From a virus, in IMG/VR virus record IMGVR_UViG_3300013113_000534, positions 3,440 to 67,439 of that record: 64,000 nucleotides of DNA; one strand, written 5' to 3'. Under the pieces are notes generated by a model. It had not been told where the DNA came from, made no database searches, and saw nothing but the letters and a program-made list of their open reading frames with translations. Of this stretch, positions 8,892 through 18,828 are shown one piece after another. A program made the translations under genes and the position numbers. The stretch's first letter is position 1. Each line of letters begins with the position of its first letter.

Positions 8892-10435
8892 TCTGAAAGA
8901 GTGATTGGGATGTCATCGCTTTCGCTACTCGACTCCAAATTAACATCGACATTATTAACAGAATTAACAATATCTTGCAAGTCTCCTCGTTCTTCGATCC
9001 TGAAGTTTTGAATATTCAAGTTTATGAAATTCTTGCGATTAGAGCCATCTGGCATTTCTATAGGATTAATGTCACGAAGAGGGTTTTTGCCTAGGTGACG
9101 AGCTTTAAGATTCACTAATTTATGCGTTCCAAACCTATCTCCATCTTCATGGATTTCATCTGCAACCTTCCTCCTCAACAAAAACAAATGAGAGCAGAAT
9201 TGAGTAATACCATCAGAAAGAGAAACCACACTTTCATCATCGATTATGGAATCTGCTCCCCTGTTGCCTGTAATCCCAAGCCTATTTGCCTGAACAGAAG
9301 TCATCATTGAAACGCAAGGCTTGCCATCAAAACACAAATCCCTATGAATCGTTTGTTTGAACAAATGAACCATTGAAGCAACTTGTTGCCAACCATCGTT
9401 TTTTCCAAGGTTGTTGAAGTCCGTTTTAATGTAATCAAAGCTAAAAATCATTCTATTCCCCCTGCCAACTTTAGAATAGTAATACCTCTTTAGGTAAGAG
9501 CACATTTCTTCAGCAGACATTCCAGCGACATTCACATAATAAAACTGCATATTGCCAGACTTTATCTTCTTCCAAGTGTCGCGTACCCTCGCCACGACTT
9601 CTTCGACAGACCAATTCTTGTAACTAGAAGTCCTCCACTTTCCACTCTGCAATAGATAAACGGGTATACCGCTCATCGCAGAACATTGACGAAAAGTAAG
9701 CTCTTCTTCGCTCATCTCACCATTATCAAAGTGTAAGACGGGGATATTATATTTAGCTCCAGTTCTTGTTGTATAATCCATGCAGAACTGAGTCTTTCCT
9801 ACGCCAGAACGAGCAACAATAACAGAGATGTTACCCTCTAGAAGTAGAGATCCGTAAATCTCGTTTATTCTTTCATGTGGCCCCATTAATCCAGATTCTT
9901 CAACAGGGTTATTCCCTCTGTCTTCAACCAAATCTTCCATCATGTCAAAAAGATTAATTGGCCCGTCATCAGTAAACTCAAACTCTTTAATATTTTTGTT
10001 ATAAATCTCGTCAGCTTTATCTATAATTTCTGAATATTTTGCATCAGGATCGACTTTTTTGACGTAAGCAGCTACATCCCTTGCGGAAAGATAAATCTCT
10101 CTACGAGCAGAAAACTTTTTCAACTCCTTTACTGAAGAAATAAAGATATCTTCTGTTATCTTATGGTAAACAAGAGAGCGGATATATTCTGGTAGGTCGA
10201 TGCTGTCTGGAAAACTTACCTTTAGTTGCTCCAATCTTGGAATGAGAATAGTGTCATCAATTGACTCTGCGTTATTCAATGCATTCCGAATCAATTTGAA
10301 AATAGAAAGATGAACCTGAGAGTCATCACTAAAGAAATCCTTCTCATTGAGAAATACTGAAACTTCAGCCCACTTGTGAGGGTGCTGTAGAAGACCCTTC
10401 AATACAGTCTTCTCTAAATCCATGCTAGATATCAT
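8888..10435 (-). CDS. dnaB: replicative DNA helicase (DnaB-like)
   Basis: EKTVLKGLL N-domain, ARSGVGKT, NGEMS, FDYI, SVQANR, KARH. Confidence 0.9.
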   Translation of the reverse strand: MISSMDLEKTVLKGLLQHPHKWAEVSVFLNEKDFFSDDSQVHLSIFKLIRNALNNAESIDDTILIPRLEQLKVSFPDSIDLPEYIRSLVYHKITEDIFISSVKELKKFSARREIYLSARDVAAYVKKVDPDAKYSEIIDKADEIYNKNIKEFEFTDDGPINLFDMMEDLVEDRGNNPVEESGLMGPHERINEIYGSLLLEGNISVIVARSGVGKTQFCMDYTTRTGAKYNIPVLHFDNGEMSEEELTFRQCSAMSGIPVYLLQSGKWRTSSYKNWSVEEVVARVRDTWKKIKSGNMQFYYVNVAGMSAEEMCSYLKRYYYSKVGRGNRMIFSFDYIKTDFNNLGKNDGWQQVASMVHLFKQTIHRDLCFDGKPCVSMMTSVQANRLGITGNRGADSIIDDESVVSLSDGITQFCSHLFLLRRKVADEIHEDGDRFGTHKLVNLKARHLGKNPLRDINPIEMPDGSNRKNFINLNIQNFRIEERGDLQDIVNSVNNVDVNLESSSESDDIPITLSE

Positions 10436-10653
10436 CGATTACCCCCCTCATCCAAAGAAATTTCTACCAACTTACTCAAAGCCATATCAACACAAGTATT
10501 TTCTGTCTTGGTTGCAAAAGTGGGTTGACCCACATCATTAATATAATATAAGAAAAATCCTTTATTCCCTCCACCTACAGAACCCGTGCAATCAAAAAGC
10601 TTTGTTAGAATGCTATGAGGTAAAGTATTGTCTGTTTTGTCAAAATGATTCAT
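10432..10653 (-). CDS. hypothetical protein
   Basis: 73 aa, ATGA-coupled on both sides. Confidence 0.7.
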   Translation of the reverse strand: MNHFDKTDNTLPHSILTKLFDCTGSVGGGNKGFFLYYINDVGQPTFATKTENTCVDMALSKLVEISLDEGGNR

Positions 10654-11057
10654 ATAATATCCAGTGTTCTTAGAAGCTCCTCGTCAATAGTATCCCTTTC
10701 CAGTATTCTGACAAGCTTAATTTGATTAATTTCGCAAAAATACTCTTTTTTCTCATCTCTCTGTAATTGAGAAAGGAAATTTTGCCTAGAGTTTGAGTGG
10801 AAAAACTTGTTGTATTTGTAATGTTGATTGCCATCCACCTCTACTGCAAGTTTTTTATTTGCATTGTAAAAGTCTAAAGTCATTCTTGTCCCAAGAACGG
10901 GAAGCTCCTCAAAAACAACATCAGAAACCCAATTTGAGTACAAAAGATCTTTAACTTTTTTTTGAAGCTTGCTGCGACACTTTTTGTCCCAATCAATTAA
11001 ATACTTTGTAGAGTTTTTGAGCTTTTGTTCTCGACCAGTTGTCGTTAAAAAGATCAT
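10650..11057 (-). CDS. DUF559/Vsr-like endonuclease
   Basis: LDFY..KLAVEVDGNQH..QRDEKK..IKLVRI. Confidence 0.8.
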   Translation of the reverse strand: MIFLTTTGREQKLKNSTKYLIDWDKKCRSKLQKKVKDLLYSNWVSDVVFEELPVLGTRMTLDFYNANKKLAVEVDGNQHYKYNKFFHSNSRQNFLSQLQRDEKKEYFCEINQIKLVRILERDTIDEELLRTLDII

Positions 11058-12181
11058 GCAAAAACGTTTTCAGCAATAAATAAGTGCATGGCCTTTGTAA
11101 TCTCTTCATTATTCTCTAAAAGATCATACAAAGCTTTCATTCCTTGATACTTCTCCTGAAGTTCAATACCTCTATCGTCAAGATATTTGATCAACTCCTC
11201 ATCAAACTTAAACCAAGAAGCTGACTTCTCAATAAAGTTCCACATTAGCAGCATTTCAATAATCTCACGCTCAATCCAAATAGACTTTCCATCAGATCGA
11301 CCATGCTTAATTGGATAGCGAATACGCATCCCCGTACTCTCATTCGTAGACTTTTGGATATGAACCTTGGCGTAATGACCAATTATTGGGTTCTCTGGGC
11401 TTGGCCTTGCTTTTTGGTCTTGCAAGATTAAGTCAGCCTGATTTCTCCTTTCGAAGTTAATAATCCAGTCTGGATAGTGAAGGGCTGCATTGCCACCGCT
11501 AGAATTGGTTTGGTTGTTTGGGTCACTAGCTGCATACTGACTCGTCTTAATAGTTGACCGAACCTGAGAGATCATAATGCACATATGACCAAATTTACCC
11601 ATCCCAAGACTAACTCGCTTTAAGAAATCCGAAGTAAGAGACGCACCCGCTGCAACTTTTGCTGCATCACTGGTAGTCTTCTCTAGATCAGATTTAGGAA
11701 GCAAGCCATCCATGCTGTCGATGACAATGCAAAATCTTTCTTTGTCTGGATTATTCCTTAGTAATTCTCTAAGGCCATCAAAAACTGTATCATAAATGTG
11801 GCACTCCCAAACAAGGCAAGTCCCTAACTCCCAATCTTCTGGGTCAGTCACAAACTTTAACCCAGAGCGCTTTTGAATATCTTCTGATAGGCGACCCTCT
11901 GCTTTAATATAAAGACCTTTAGTTTTCTCTACTGTCTCCAGCATGTTCTTCATAACATGTAGAGCTTCGTTTGTTTTGCCTCCTTCATTGCAACCAATGA
12001 AACGCTGCAACCCAGCTCCAAGACCACCACCAATAAACTGATCTAAAATTAAAGAACCAGTTGAAACTATATAAGGCTTTGCAGTCTCTTCGTAATTGTA
12101 ATGGAAATCTTTATTGCTCTTAAAAAACTTCGACATAAATTTCGAAGTGCCAATTGTTTCTTTTGCGTTTTTCTTACTCAT
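11054..12181 (-). CDS. RecA/UvsX-like recombinase
   Basis: STGSLILD..GGG, GCNEGGKT, IVIDSMDGL, ISQVR, SGGNAALHY. Confidence 0.9.
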   Translation of the reverse strand: MSKKNAKETIGTSKFMSKFFKSNKDFHYNYEETAKPYIVSTGSLILDQFIGGGLGAGLQRFIGCNEGGKTNEALHVMKNMLETVEKTKGLYIKAEGRLSEDIQKRSGLKFVTDPEDWELGTCLVWECHIYDTVFDGLRELLRNNPDKERFCIVIDSMDGLLPKSDLEKTTSDAAKVAAGASLTSDFLKRVSLGMGKFGHMCIMISQVRSTIKTSQYAASDPNNQTNSSGGNAALHYPDWIINFERRNQADLILQDQKARPSPENPIIGHYAKVHIQKSTNESTGMRIRYPIKHGRSDGKSIWIEREIIEMLLMWNFIEKSASWFKFDEELIKYLDDRGIELQEKYQGMKALYDLLENNEEITKAMHLFIAENVFA

Positions 12182-12620
12182 CTAAAAAATCTCTCAGGGT
12201 TTTTCTTTTTTCGATCAATCTATCTTCTCCGAATTTGAGCCTGTGGTCAACCATTTTTTCGGAGTTTTTTGGCTTGTAGTAAAATTCTTTTCGCTTCTTG
12301 TCTAGGTATTCTAGTCCATCTTTAGTTAAAAAATATTTTATTGAACCATCGAACTTAAACGGAGGCTTAACCTTCAGCAAAAAATCAGCATCATTTTCAA
12401 AGCGCTTGAACAATTTAGTAGCTGTGACCATGTCCAGCTTGTAATTCGTTGAAGGCTGATTATTCAGCATCTTCTTTATAAACTGCTGTCTCTCTTTGAA
12501 ATAAGTGGGCTTTTTGGGTGTCTTTTTTTGATTTTTAAATAAAAACCCGCACTCGCACTCTAAAGCACGACTAGAACACAAAGTAGAGCAATTTGGACAT
12601 TCCTTTTTACCCCTTGGCAT
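12174..12620 (-). CDS. hypothetical protein with N-terminal zinc ribbon
   Basis: CPNC..CECG; coupled to the RecA-like gene. Confidence 0.7.
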   Translation of the reverse strand: MPRGKKECPNCSTLCSSRALECECGFLFKNQKKTPKKPTYFKERQQFIKKMLNNQPSTNYKLDMVTATKLFKRFENDADFLLKVKPPFKFDGSIKYFLTKDGLEYLDKKRKEFYYKPKNSEKMVDHRLKFGEDRLIEKRKTLRDFLDE

Positions 12621-12640
12621 GAAGGCATCCTAATCTAGTT

Positions 12641-13630
12641 TTAATTCTTGTCAACAGATAATTCATTAATCCAGTAAGAAACCATATCTGCAACCAAGCC
12701 TTTGAAGTCAAATTCTGGCTCCCAATTAAGAGCTTTTCTAGCTCTAGACGAGTCGCCCTTTAGTTTTTTCAACTCTTCTGGCCTATAAAACTTCGGATCG
12801 CTCTTAACAAAATCCTTGTAATCTAGGTCAACAAAACCAAATGCTTCCTCGCAGAAGTCCCTAACAGAATGAGTCTGCATTGAAGAAATAACAAAATCTT
12901 CTGGTTCGTGGTGCTGCAAGATAGAGTGCATTGCTTTTACATAATCTTTAGAATGACCCCAGTCCCTATAAGATTCTAAATTTCCTAGAACCAAATCCTC
13001 CTGTAATCCCAAGTGGATTGCTGCTACAGCTTTAGCTATTTTTGCAGTAACAAAGTTTTCTCCCCTACGAGGGGACTCGTGATTAAATAAAATGCCGTTA
13101 GAAGCAAACAAATTATAAGAATTACGATAATTTCTTACGATACAATGAGCAGCTAACTTAGAACACCCATAAGGACTAACAGGCTTCATTTGGGTAGTTT
13201 CTCTTTGAAACCCATCTTCATCGATCTCATTACCGAACATCTCAGAAGAACTCGCTTGATAAAATTTAGCTTCTGGGCAACAGAAACGATATGCTTCAAG
13301 CATGTTCAGAGTTCCTATCATATTTGTTTGCAAAGTAAATTGAGGAACATCAAAGCTGACTCTAACGTGGCTTTGAGCTGCAAGATTGTAAATCTCATCT
13401 GGTCGAATGAGACCCATCAAACGATTTATAGAGGAGTTATCTAAAAGATCAGCATAATCAGTTTTAACTAGACCTTTGCTGACTAGATGATCAACCCTAG
13501 TTTCTTGAGTGCTAGCTAGAGAATGCCGCCTAATAAATCCATAAACTTCGTAATCTTTTTCTAAGAGTAACTCTGCCAAGTAACTTCCGTCTTGACCTGA
13601 GATGCCAGTAATAAGAGCTTTTTTCTTCAT
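12641..13630 (-). CDS. gmd: GDP-mannose 4,6-dehydratase
   Basis: ITGISGQDGSYLAE, NLAAQSHV, QASSSE, SPYGCSK, NHESPRRG, RDWGH. Confidence 0.97.
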   Translation of the reverse strand: MKKKALITGISGQDGSYLAELLLEKDYEVYGFIRRHSLASTQETRVDHLVSKGLVKTDYADLLDNSSINRLMGLIRPDEIYNLAAQSHVRVSFDVPQFTLQTNMIGTLNMLEAYRFCCPEAKFYQASSSEMFGNEIDEDGFQRETTQMKPVSPYGCSKLAAHCIVRNYRNSYNLFASNGILFNHESPRRGENFVTAKIAKAVAAIHLGLQEDLVLGNLESYRDWGHSKDYVKAMHSILQHHEPEDFVISSMQTHSVRDFCEEAFGFVDLDYKDFVKSDPKFYRPEELKKLKGDSSRARKALNWEPEFDFKGLVADMVSYWINELSVDKN

Positions 13631-13636
13631 GCCTTA

Positions 13637-14221
13637 TTATAGAAAAACTTTCATCTTTGTCAAGTCTGGCCAATCATTTATAACCCATTTTTTGGGTTTA
13701 GTATTAATAGCGTCCTCTAATTTATCTAACCCTATTTGAGCTGTCTCTGGGGTCATGTAATAATGATACCCAAAACTAGATATGTCCTGATCTCTCCAAG
13801 GGACATCTGGCAACCTTCCATCATAAGACATTTTCTTTAAATCTTCGGAGGCTTGTTTGTTGTCGGTTAGAATCATACCACCTCTCCCAAGACTAAGATG
13901 TTTTTGAAATTGGAAGCTCAAACACATAAATGTGTTTGGGACATAACTACCCTTGCGCCAAAGAACTGCTGCATCAGCAATATTTGTCCCTTCAATAAAA
14001 TAGTAATCTTGCCATGACTCTTCCTTCCATTTGAGTGGAATACCTAATTTATTTGCTAAAAAAGGAACTGAAATATATGTTCTCTTAGGAACGCAAAGCT
14101 CTTTAATTTTTTGCATTCTCAAACAAAGTTCCAAGCCATGTGTGCAGCTATCTACAGCTACAGCATACTTAGCTCCGAAAAACTTAGCCACCTTATCCTC
14201 AAAGTCTTTTACTTGCTTCAT
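13637..14221 (-). CDS. DegT/DnrJ/EryC1/StrS sugar aminotransferase, unusually short
   Basis: FEDKVAKFFGAKYAVAVDSCTHGL, DAA, SFQFQKHLSLGRGG. Confidence 0.85.
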   Translation of the reverse strand: MKQVKDFEDKVAKFFGAKYAVAVDSCTHGLELCLRMQKIKELCVPKRTYISVPFLANKLGIPLKWKEESWQDYYFIEGTNIADAAVLWRKGSYVPNTFMCLSFQFQKHLSLGRGGMILTDNKQASEDLKKMSYDGRLPDVPWRDQDISSFGYHYYMTPETAQIGLDKLEDAINTKPKKWVINDWPDLTKMKVFL

Positions 14222-14853
14222 TCTAAGGTTTTATTTTTAAGAAGAATATTATGGCCATACTTTCCAAGGAACTCAAAATTATCTAAAGTTTCAAGAATCC
14301 ATTTGGTATTTACTTGCCCTTCCCAAAGTTCTGTATCAAAACACTCTGTGTAAAAGTATCTTGTTTTGTTTTGAAGGGTTTCGATAGCCCCCAGAATCAT
14401 TTCTTCTTCCGCTCCATTCACATCACACCAGATAAAATCTATAATACTTTCTCCAATATTTTCTTGAGACCAAGAGTCTAATTTAACACACTCTACTTTA
14501 TCTGGATCTGTTTTAAATGAAACAGTTGGGTAGTTTCTCAAATGATTTAATGGTTTTTTAAGAGAGCTTGATAAAGACCAACGTTTCCCGCTATTGGTTT
14601 GGCTAGGATACCAATCAATATAACCATCTTCTTTACCTACCGCCTTTTCTACTAAAACAATTTTTTCTGGATGATCTAAATCTTTAAAATGTTGAATTGA
14701 TGTCGGATCAGCTTCAAAGGCATAAATTTCCGCTTGAGGCATTAACTTTAACATTTCAAGACTATCTTCACCATCATAAGACCCAACCTCCAATATGATA
14801 GGATCATTCTTGCCAATAAGATCTTTTATTAAATTTTTCGTTAACTTGTCCAT
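14218..14853 (-). CDS. FkbM-family SAM methyltransferase
   Basis: ILEVGSYDG, AFEADP, IDFIWCDVNGAE. Confidence 0.88.
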   Translation of the reverse strand: MDKLTKNLIKDLIGKNDPIILEVGSYDGEDSLEMLKLMPQAEIYAFEADPTSIQHFKDLDHPEKIVLVEKAVGKEDGYIDWYPSQTNSGKRWSLSSSLKKPLNHLRNYPTVSFKTDPDKVECVKLDSWSQENIGESIIDFIWCDVNGAEEEMILGAIETLQNKTRYFYTECFDTELWEGQVNTKWILETLDNFEFLGKYGHNILLKNKTLE

Positions 14854-15398
14854 TTTTTACATTCTACATTTAAACTTATTAAGGTTCCATTATCTTTGTC
14901 CATATGGGGCAAATACGCTTGAGAGCAATCATCAATATGAGAATGATCCGTATCCCTCCAATTATAACGCTTAACAGAATTAAATCCAATTTCCTCACTA
15001 AGAATCTTACTTATTGAATCAAAGTCGTAGACTGTCTTGTGATAAATTATTTTATCTGACATTACCATCTTGCCATACAAAGGCCCAAGAAATCTATCTA
15101 ATGGATACTCTCCATCTTGATACAGTCTAGACATAACATCGAAATCTGGAACAGCTAATCGAAGAGTCCCCCCTTTTTTAAGAACCCTTTTCCATTCAGA
15201 TAAAATCTCTAAAGCTTCTTGTCTATCGAAATATTCTAAAACGTGGGAAGCGTAAATAACATCTACAGAATTTGATTCCCAACGTAAATTAGTAATAGAG
15301 TTAAATTTCAAATCCAAGTGATCGTAGTCACCAGAATCAATATGAATCCATTCATCTCCAAAGTTGGTAGGGCCGCAGCCTAAATTTAACTTAATCAT
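14841..15398 (-). CDS. class I SAM-dependent methyltransferase
   Basis: KLNLGCG, VDVIYASHVLEY, RVLKKGGTLRLAVPD. Confidence 0.88.
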   Translation of the reverse strand: MIKLNLGCGPTNFGDEWIHIDSGDYDHLDLKFNSITNLRWESNSVDVIYASHVLEYFDRQEALEILSEWKRVLKKGGTLRLAVPDFDVMSRLYQDGEYPLDRFLGPLYGKMVMSDKIIYHKTVYDFDSISKILSEEIGFNSVKRYNWRDTDHSHIDDCSQAYLPHMDKDNGTLISLNVECKKWTS

Positions 15399-15804
15399 TA
15401 ATAAATGTTTTATCTTTTGCTTGCCCCATATAAGGGCCAGTTTTTATTTCGTAAACTAGCGCACCTTCTTCAAGAGCCTGATAATTATGACCTCCTCTAA
15501 AAGTTATAGTCGCGTCACCAACCTCTAAAATGTTTTCTTCTAAGAGATTATCGTCTTCATCATAATGGAATGTTTTGACTTTACCTTTAACAACCACCCA
15601 ACATTCTTGGGTGATGTTTGTTTCTCTAGGAAGAGTTAGGTGTTTGTGTCCCCGAAATTTATGGTTATCTGGGATTTTAATTGCAGCAAGTTGCAAGAAT
15701 TCAGACTCATCCGAAATATCCTCTCTAAAATCTAGGTCTTCTAGTTCTGATAATCTGTAGATGATGTGCAATACATCCCCATTTTTATTTTTTATTTTTT
15801 TCAT
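15391..15804 (-). CDS. cupin-fold sugar-modifying protein (WbuC-like)
   Basis: HKH..TQECW..GGH..EIKTGPY. Confidence 0.75.
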   Translation of the reverse strand: MKKIKNKNGDVLHIIYRLSELEDLDFREDISDESEFLQLAAIKIPDNHKFRGHKHLTLPRETNITQECWVVVKGKVKTFHYDEDDNLLEENILEVGDATITFRGGHNYQALEEGALVYEIKTGPYMGQAKDKTFIND

Positions 15805-16583
15805 ATCCTTATCCAGTCCTCTGGGAATATTTCCGCGCTTTTGCTCTTAAACCAATTATCAGGGTAAACAATTGCCTTGTCCACATTTTTATTTAAAAAA
15901 GCCCCCCACCAAGAGAATGTAGAATTCGCTATTATATTGTCAGAACAAGCCGACATGCAATACAAATCTATGAACGCATCCTCTTGAGTTGGGAAACATA
16001 CAAATCTTTCTGAATCGAAATTGTCTTTAATCCATTCATAGTCATCAGAAAATACCAAAAATTTACGATTTGGGAATTGATCGACAGCTTTATTATAATA
16101 GTCCATTGTTTGAACGGGGTGCTGGTCTATTTTTAGATAATCTCCCCTCCTTACATGAATAGAAACAAAATCTTTAGCTTCTACTCCAAGTTTTTCTAGA
16201 ACTAAAAGTGATTGTTCAATTATGGAGTCCTTGAATTCAATATTTTTTTTATCGTCCAAATTAAAGAATCTTCGATTCTGAAAATACCCAGTAAAATTAG
16301 TGTCATCTTTGATATTAAAAACATCTTCATCGAAAACATTATCCTGATGTTCTCTGTAAATATACTTCAAATGCTTGCTAATCTCATCTACTGGCATCTT
16401 ATCTATATCAATATTAAAGCCAGATTCTAATTGTTGTATCCTTTGGCCAGAGTGATGCATAAACTCCTGAGAAACTGGATAAATAGGCTTGTAACCAGTC
16501 TTATCTGCAACCGTAAGTAAGAAATAATAATTAAAAAGAGCGTTTCCAATAGCTCTATTCGAAATATCTAAACAAGTAATCAT
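15801..16583 (-). CDS. GT11 alpha-1,2-fucosyltransferase-like
   Basis: GNALF, GYFQ, SIHVRRGDY, FSDD, IIANSTFSWWGA. Confidence 0.92.
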   Translation of the reverse strand: MITCLDISNRAIGNALFNYYFLLTVADKTGYKPIYPVSQEFMHHSGQRIQQLESGFNIDIDKMPVDEISKHLKYIYREHQDNVFDEDVFNIKDDTNFTGYFQNRRFFNLDDKKNIEFKDSIIEQSLLVLEKLGVEAKDFVSIHVRRGDYLKIDQHPVQTMDYYNKAVDQFPNRKFLVFSDDYEWIKDNFDSERFVCFPTQEDAFIDLYCMSACSDNIIANSTFSWWGAFLNKNVDKAIVYPDNWFKSKSAEIFPEDWIRI

Positions 16584-16584
16584 A

Positions 16585-17265
16585 CTAAATATCTAAAAAT
16601 GAATTTTTAATTACAACATCTCTATTAGAAAATTTTCCATCTATATCTGAATGATTATCATATTGAGATGCATAAATAAATTTTGGGCTAAAAAAATTAA
16701 AATTAAAACCTTGAAACTTCAACCAATGATCATAACAAATGTTCTCTTTTTGCCATTCAACCCATGATGTCATATCATAGCTTTTAGGGAAAAGATTTTC
16801 ATCCAAAAATTTAGCAAACTCTAAAGAATAAGTAATTGCATGAGCAGAACCCGCAGAATTCACTTTATACAAAGTGTCTGAATGATTTTCTGCACCTCTC
16901 TTGTTTTTATCTGGGATGTAGACGGAACCGCTTTTTTGTAAAACACAACCCCAATAAAATAAATCAAAATTTTCTGGCAGAGAATCGTGAGATATAATAA
17001 AATCTTCTGTTTTTGATTCGTCAAAAACTACATCATCTTCAAAAATAGTGAATTTGGTAGAGCCATGTTGTATTGCTTTTCTGATTGCTTTAGCATGGGA
17101 AGCGGAACAGGCAGCTTTATTATAAGAAACATTGTCTTTACTAAATTTTATAGCTTCTATTCTATCGCAACCATCGACGAATAAACTTCGAACTTTTTTA
17201 AACTCACTTGAAAAACTTTCCAGCCTGTCTTTTCTAGATTCAAGGTTAATGTAATAGGATTTCAT
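16585..17265 (-). CDS. GT25-like glycosyltransferase
   Basis: YINLESRKDR, ACSASH, IFEDD. Confidence 0.82.
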   Translation of the reverse strand: MKSYYINLESRKDRLESFSSEFKKVRSLFVDGCDRIEAIKFSKDNVSYNKAACSASHAKAIRKAIQHGSTKFTIFEDDVVFDESKTEDFIISHDSLPENFDLFYWGCVLQKSGSVYIPDKNKRGAENHSDTLYKVNSAGSAHAITYSLEFAKFLDENLFPKSYDMTSWVEWQKENICYDHWLKFQGFNFNFFSPKFIYASQYDNHSDIDGKFSNRDVVIKNSFLDI

Positions 17266-18007
17266 TTACTTGCCCACAGTTTTTAATTTTTATGCTTTCG
17301 ATATATTTTTTTGATTTAAAGTCAAAAACCACTACCTCCCCATCAACGCTGTCATGCCGATCTGCTCTTGAAGCTTTTTCAGATAAACCAACATAAAGCT
17401 TGTTATCTTGCAGTGCCATCCCCCTAACCAGCCGACTTGAATCAATCTCAATACTGTCTCCGTCAACAGAGGCAACTCTAGAGTTAAAAGAGTCGCAATA
17501 CCAAAAAGTGCTATTGTAATATTTGATTGTATGACAGTGCTCACCAAGATCATTAAAAAATCTGAATGCTCTATTTATTTCAGGACTAAATAAATGAATA
17601 CAAGAGGAGTTCGTAAAGTTATCCCTATGAGACATTATAAATAAAAGCTCCCCAATCTTTTCAATACTATTCATATGTGGGTTTTTATTGCCCACGGTAT
17701 TTCTAAAAATCTTTTCTACCATCCTTGATTGCAAATCGGCTTGAATAATATCATTGCTTTTTGTTGATAAAATATAAACTTTATTATTATAAATTTCTAA
17801 GCCGTGTGCATCCACGCAAGTTGGAGTATCAATTGAGCCAGCCTTTTTATAATTTTTATCTAAAATTATTACATCGCTTGTCCCCCTTCTAGCTGCATAG
17901 ATACAATTATTACTATCTTTAGCTACGCCAAAATATGGGCCATTATCTTCTATAATGAATTTTTTTTCTTTTAAGTCATAGAGACCTCTTGAAGTTGAAA
18001 CGATCAT
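17246..18007 (-). CDS. beta-propeller protein
   Basis: repeated H-G/N blade motifs, LVRGMAL..LYVGLS. Confidence 0.6.
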   Translation of the reverse strand: MIVSTSRGLYDLKEKKFIIEDNGPYFGVAKDSNNCIYAARRGTSDVIILDKNYKKAGSIDTPTCVDAHGLEIYNNKVYILSTKSNDIIQADLQSRMVEKIFRNTVGNKNPHMNSIEKIGELLFIMSHRDNFTNSSCIHLFSPEINRAFRFFNDLGEHCHTIKYYNSTFWYCDSFNSRVASVDGDSIEIDSSRLVRGMALQDNKLYVGLSEKASRADRHDSVDGEVVVFDFKSKKYIESIKIKNCGQVNEILLH

Positions 18008-18828
18008 AATTTGAAGACTTTCTTGTTTGAATTGTTATATGGAAATATTGAAGAAATTTTATTTTCTAAAACATTTTTTAAGCCGACTGAAAAATATTGA
18101 GGATCAGAGTAAAGGGGTAAGCCTCTCTCTTGGAATGGCAACCATCTCGCTTTAATCATTGGATTAGTTACCCCCACTTGTGAATAGTAGTCAGCAGTTT
18201 CTATTGTAGGAACTCCATTCGCATAAGCTATATACTTGAAACCAGAATCAATAGTTACAAAAACCTTGGCTGACATTACTGTAATACATGCATCTTGAAT
18301 GCTAGAACAAACTATTTGCACTTTATCCAAAACATCAGAGTAACGCTCTTTTTCCTTTTCTGTGCAAATAGCTACAAGTTTGTTTCCTGTCTCATGTAGG
18401 CAGTTCACTAACTGAGTTACATAATCTTTTTTAAGGTTTTTTGGTTCCCATAAATTATGAGTCAAGTGCAAGCAGACATAGTCTCCTTTTTCAATTGCTA
18501 GCTCTGGTTTGGGAAAATAATAGAAACGGCTCAACCAATCAAAATCATAAGTAGTCCATTCCATTTTATCGATATGGAGATCATAAAAGAAATCGTAATT
18601 ATTTTTATCGACCTCACTCCAAAAACAATACCTGTCAGACATGCTTGGGTAAAAATCCTGTAAAACATCTAGCTGATAGGTTTCTCCTCTGTCATTATCG
18701 AAAGCAAAAGTAATATGGCAATCAGAGTGGTATTCTCTAATCGCTGGAATAAATCTATTAGAAAGCAAGCAATCCCCCAACCCTCCCTCTGCTCTAACCA
18801 ATATTTCAGATTGTATCGTAGAGGTCAT
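18004..18828 (-). CDS. GT9/heptosyltransferase-like glycosyltransferase
   Basis: GGLGDCL, FVTIDSGFKYIAYANGVPTI; start moved to the Met at 18828. Confidence 0.75.
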   Translation of the reverse strand: MTSTIQSEILVRAEGGLGDCLLSNRFIPAIREYHSDCHITFAFDNDRGETYQLDVLQDFYPSMSDRYCFWSEVDKNNYDFFYDLHIDKMEWTTYDFDWLSRFYYFPKPELAIEKGDYVCLHLTHNLWEPKNLKKDYVTQLVNCLHETGNKLVAICTEKEKERYSDVLDKVQIVCSSIQDACITVMSAKVFVTIDSGFKYIAYANGVPTIETADYYSQVGVTNPMIKARWLPFQERGLPLYSDPQYFSVGLKNVLENKISSIFPYNNSNKKVFKL

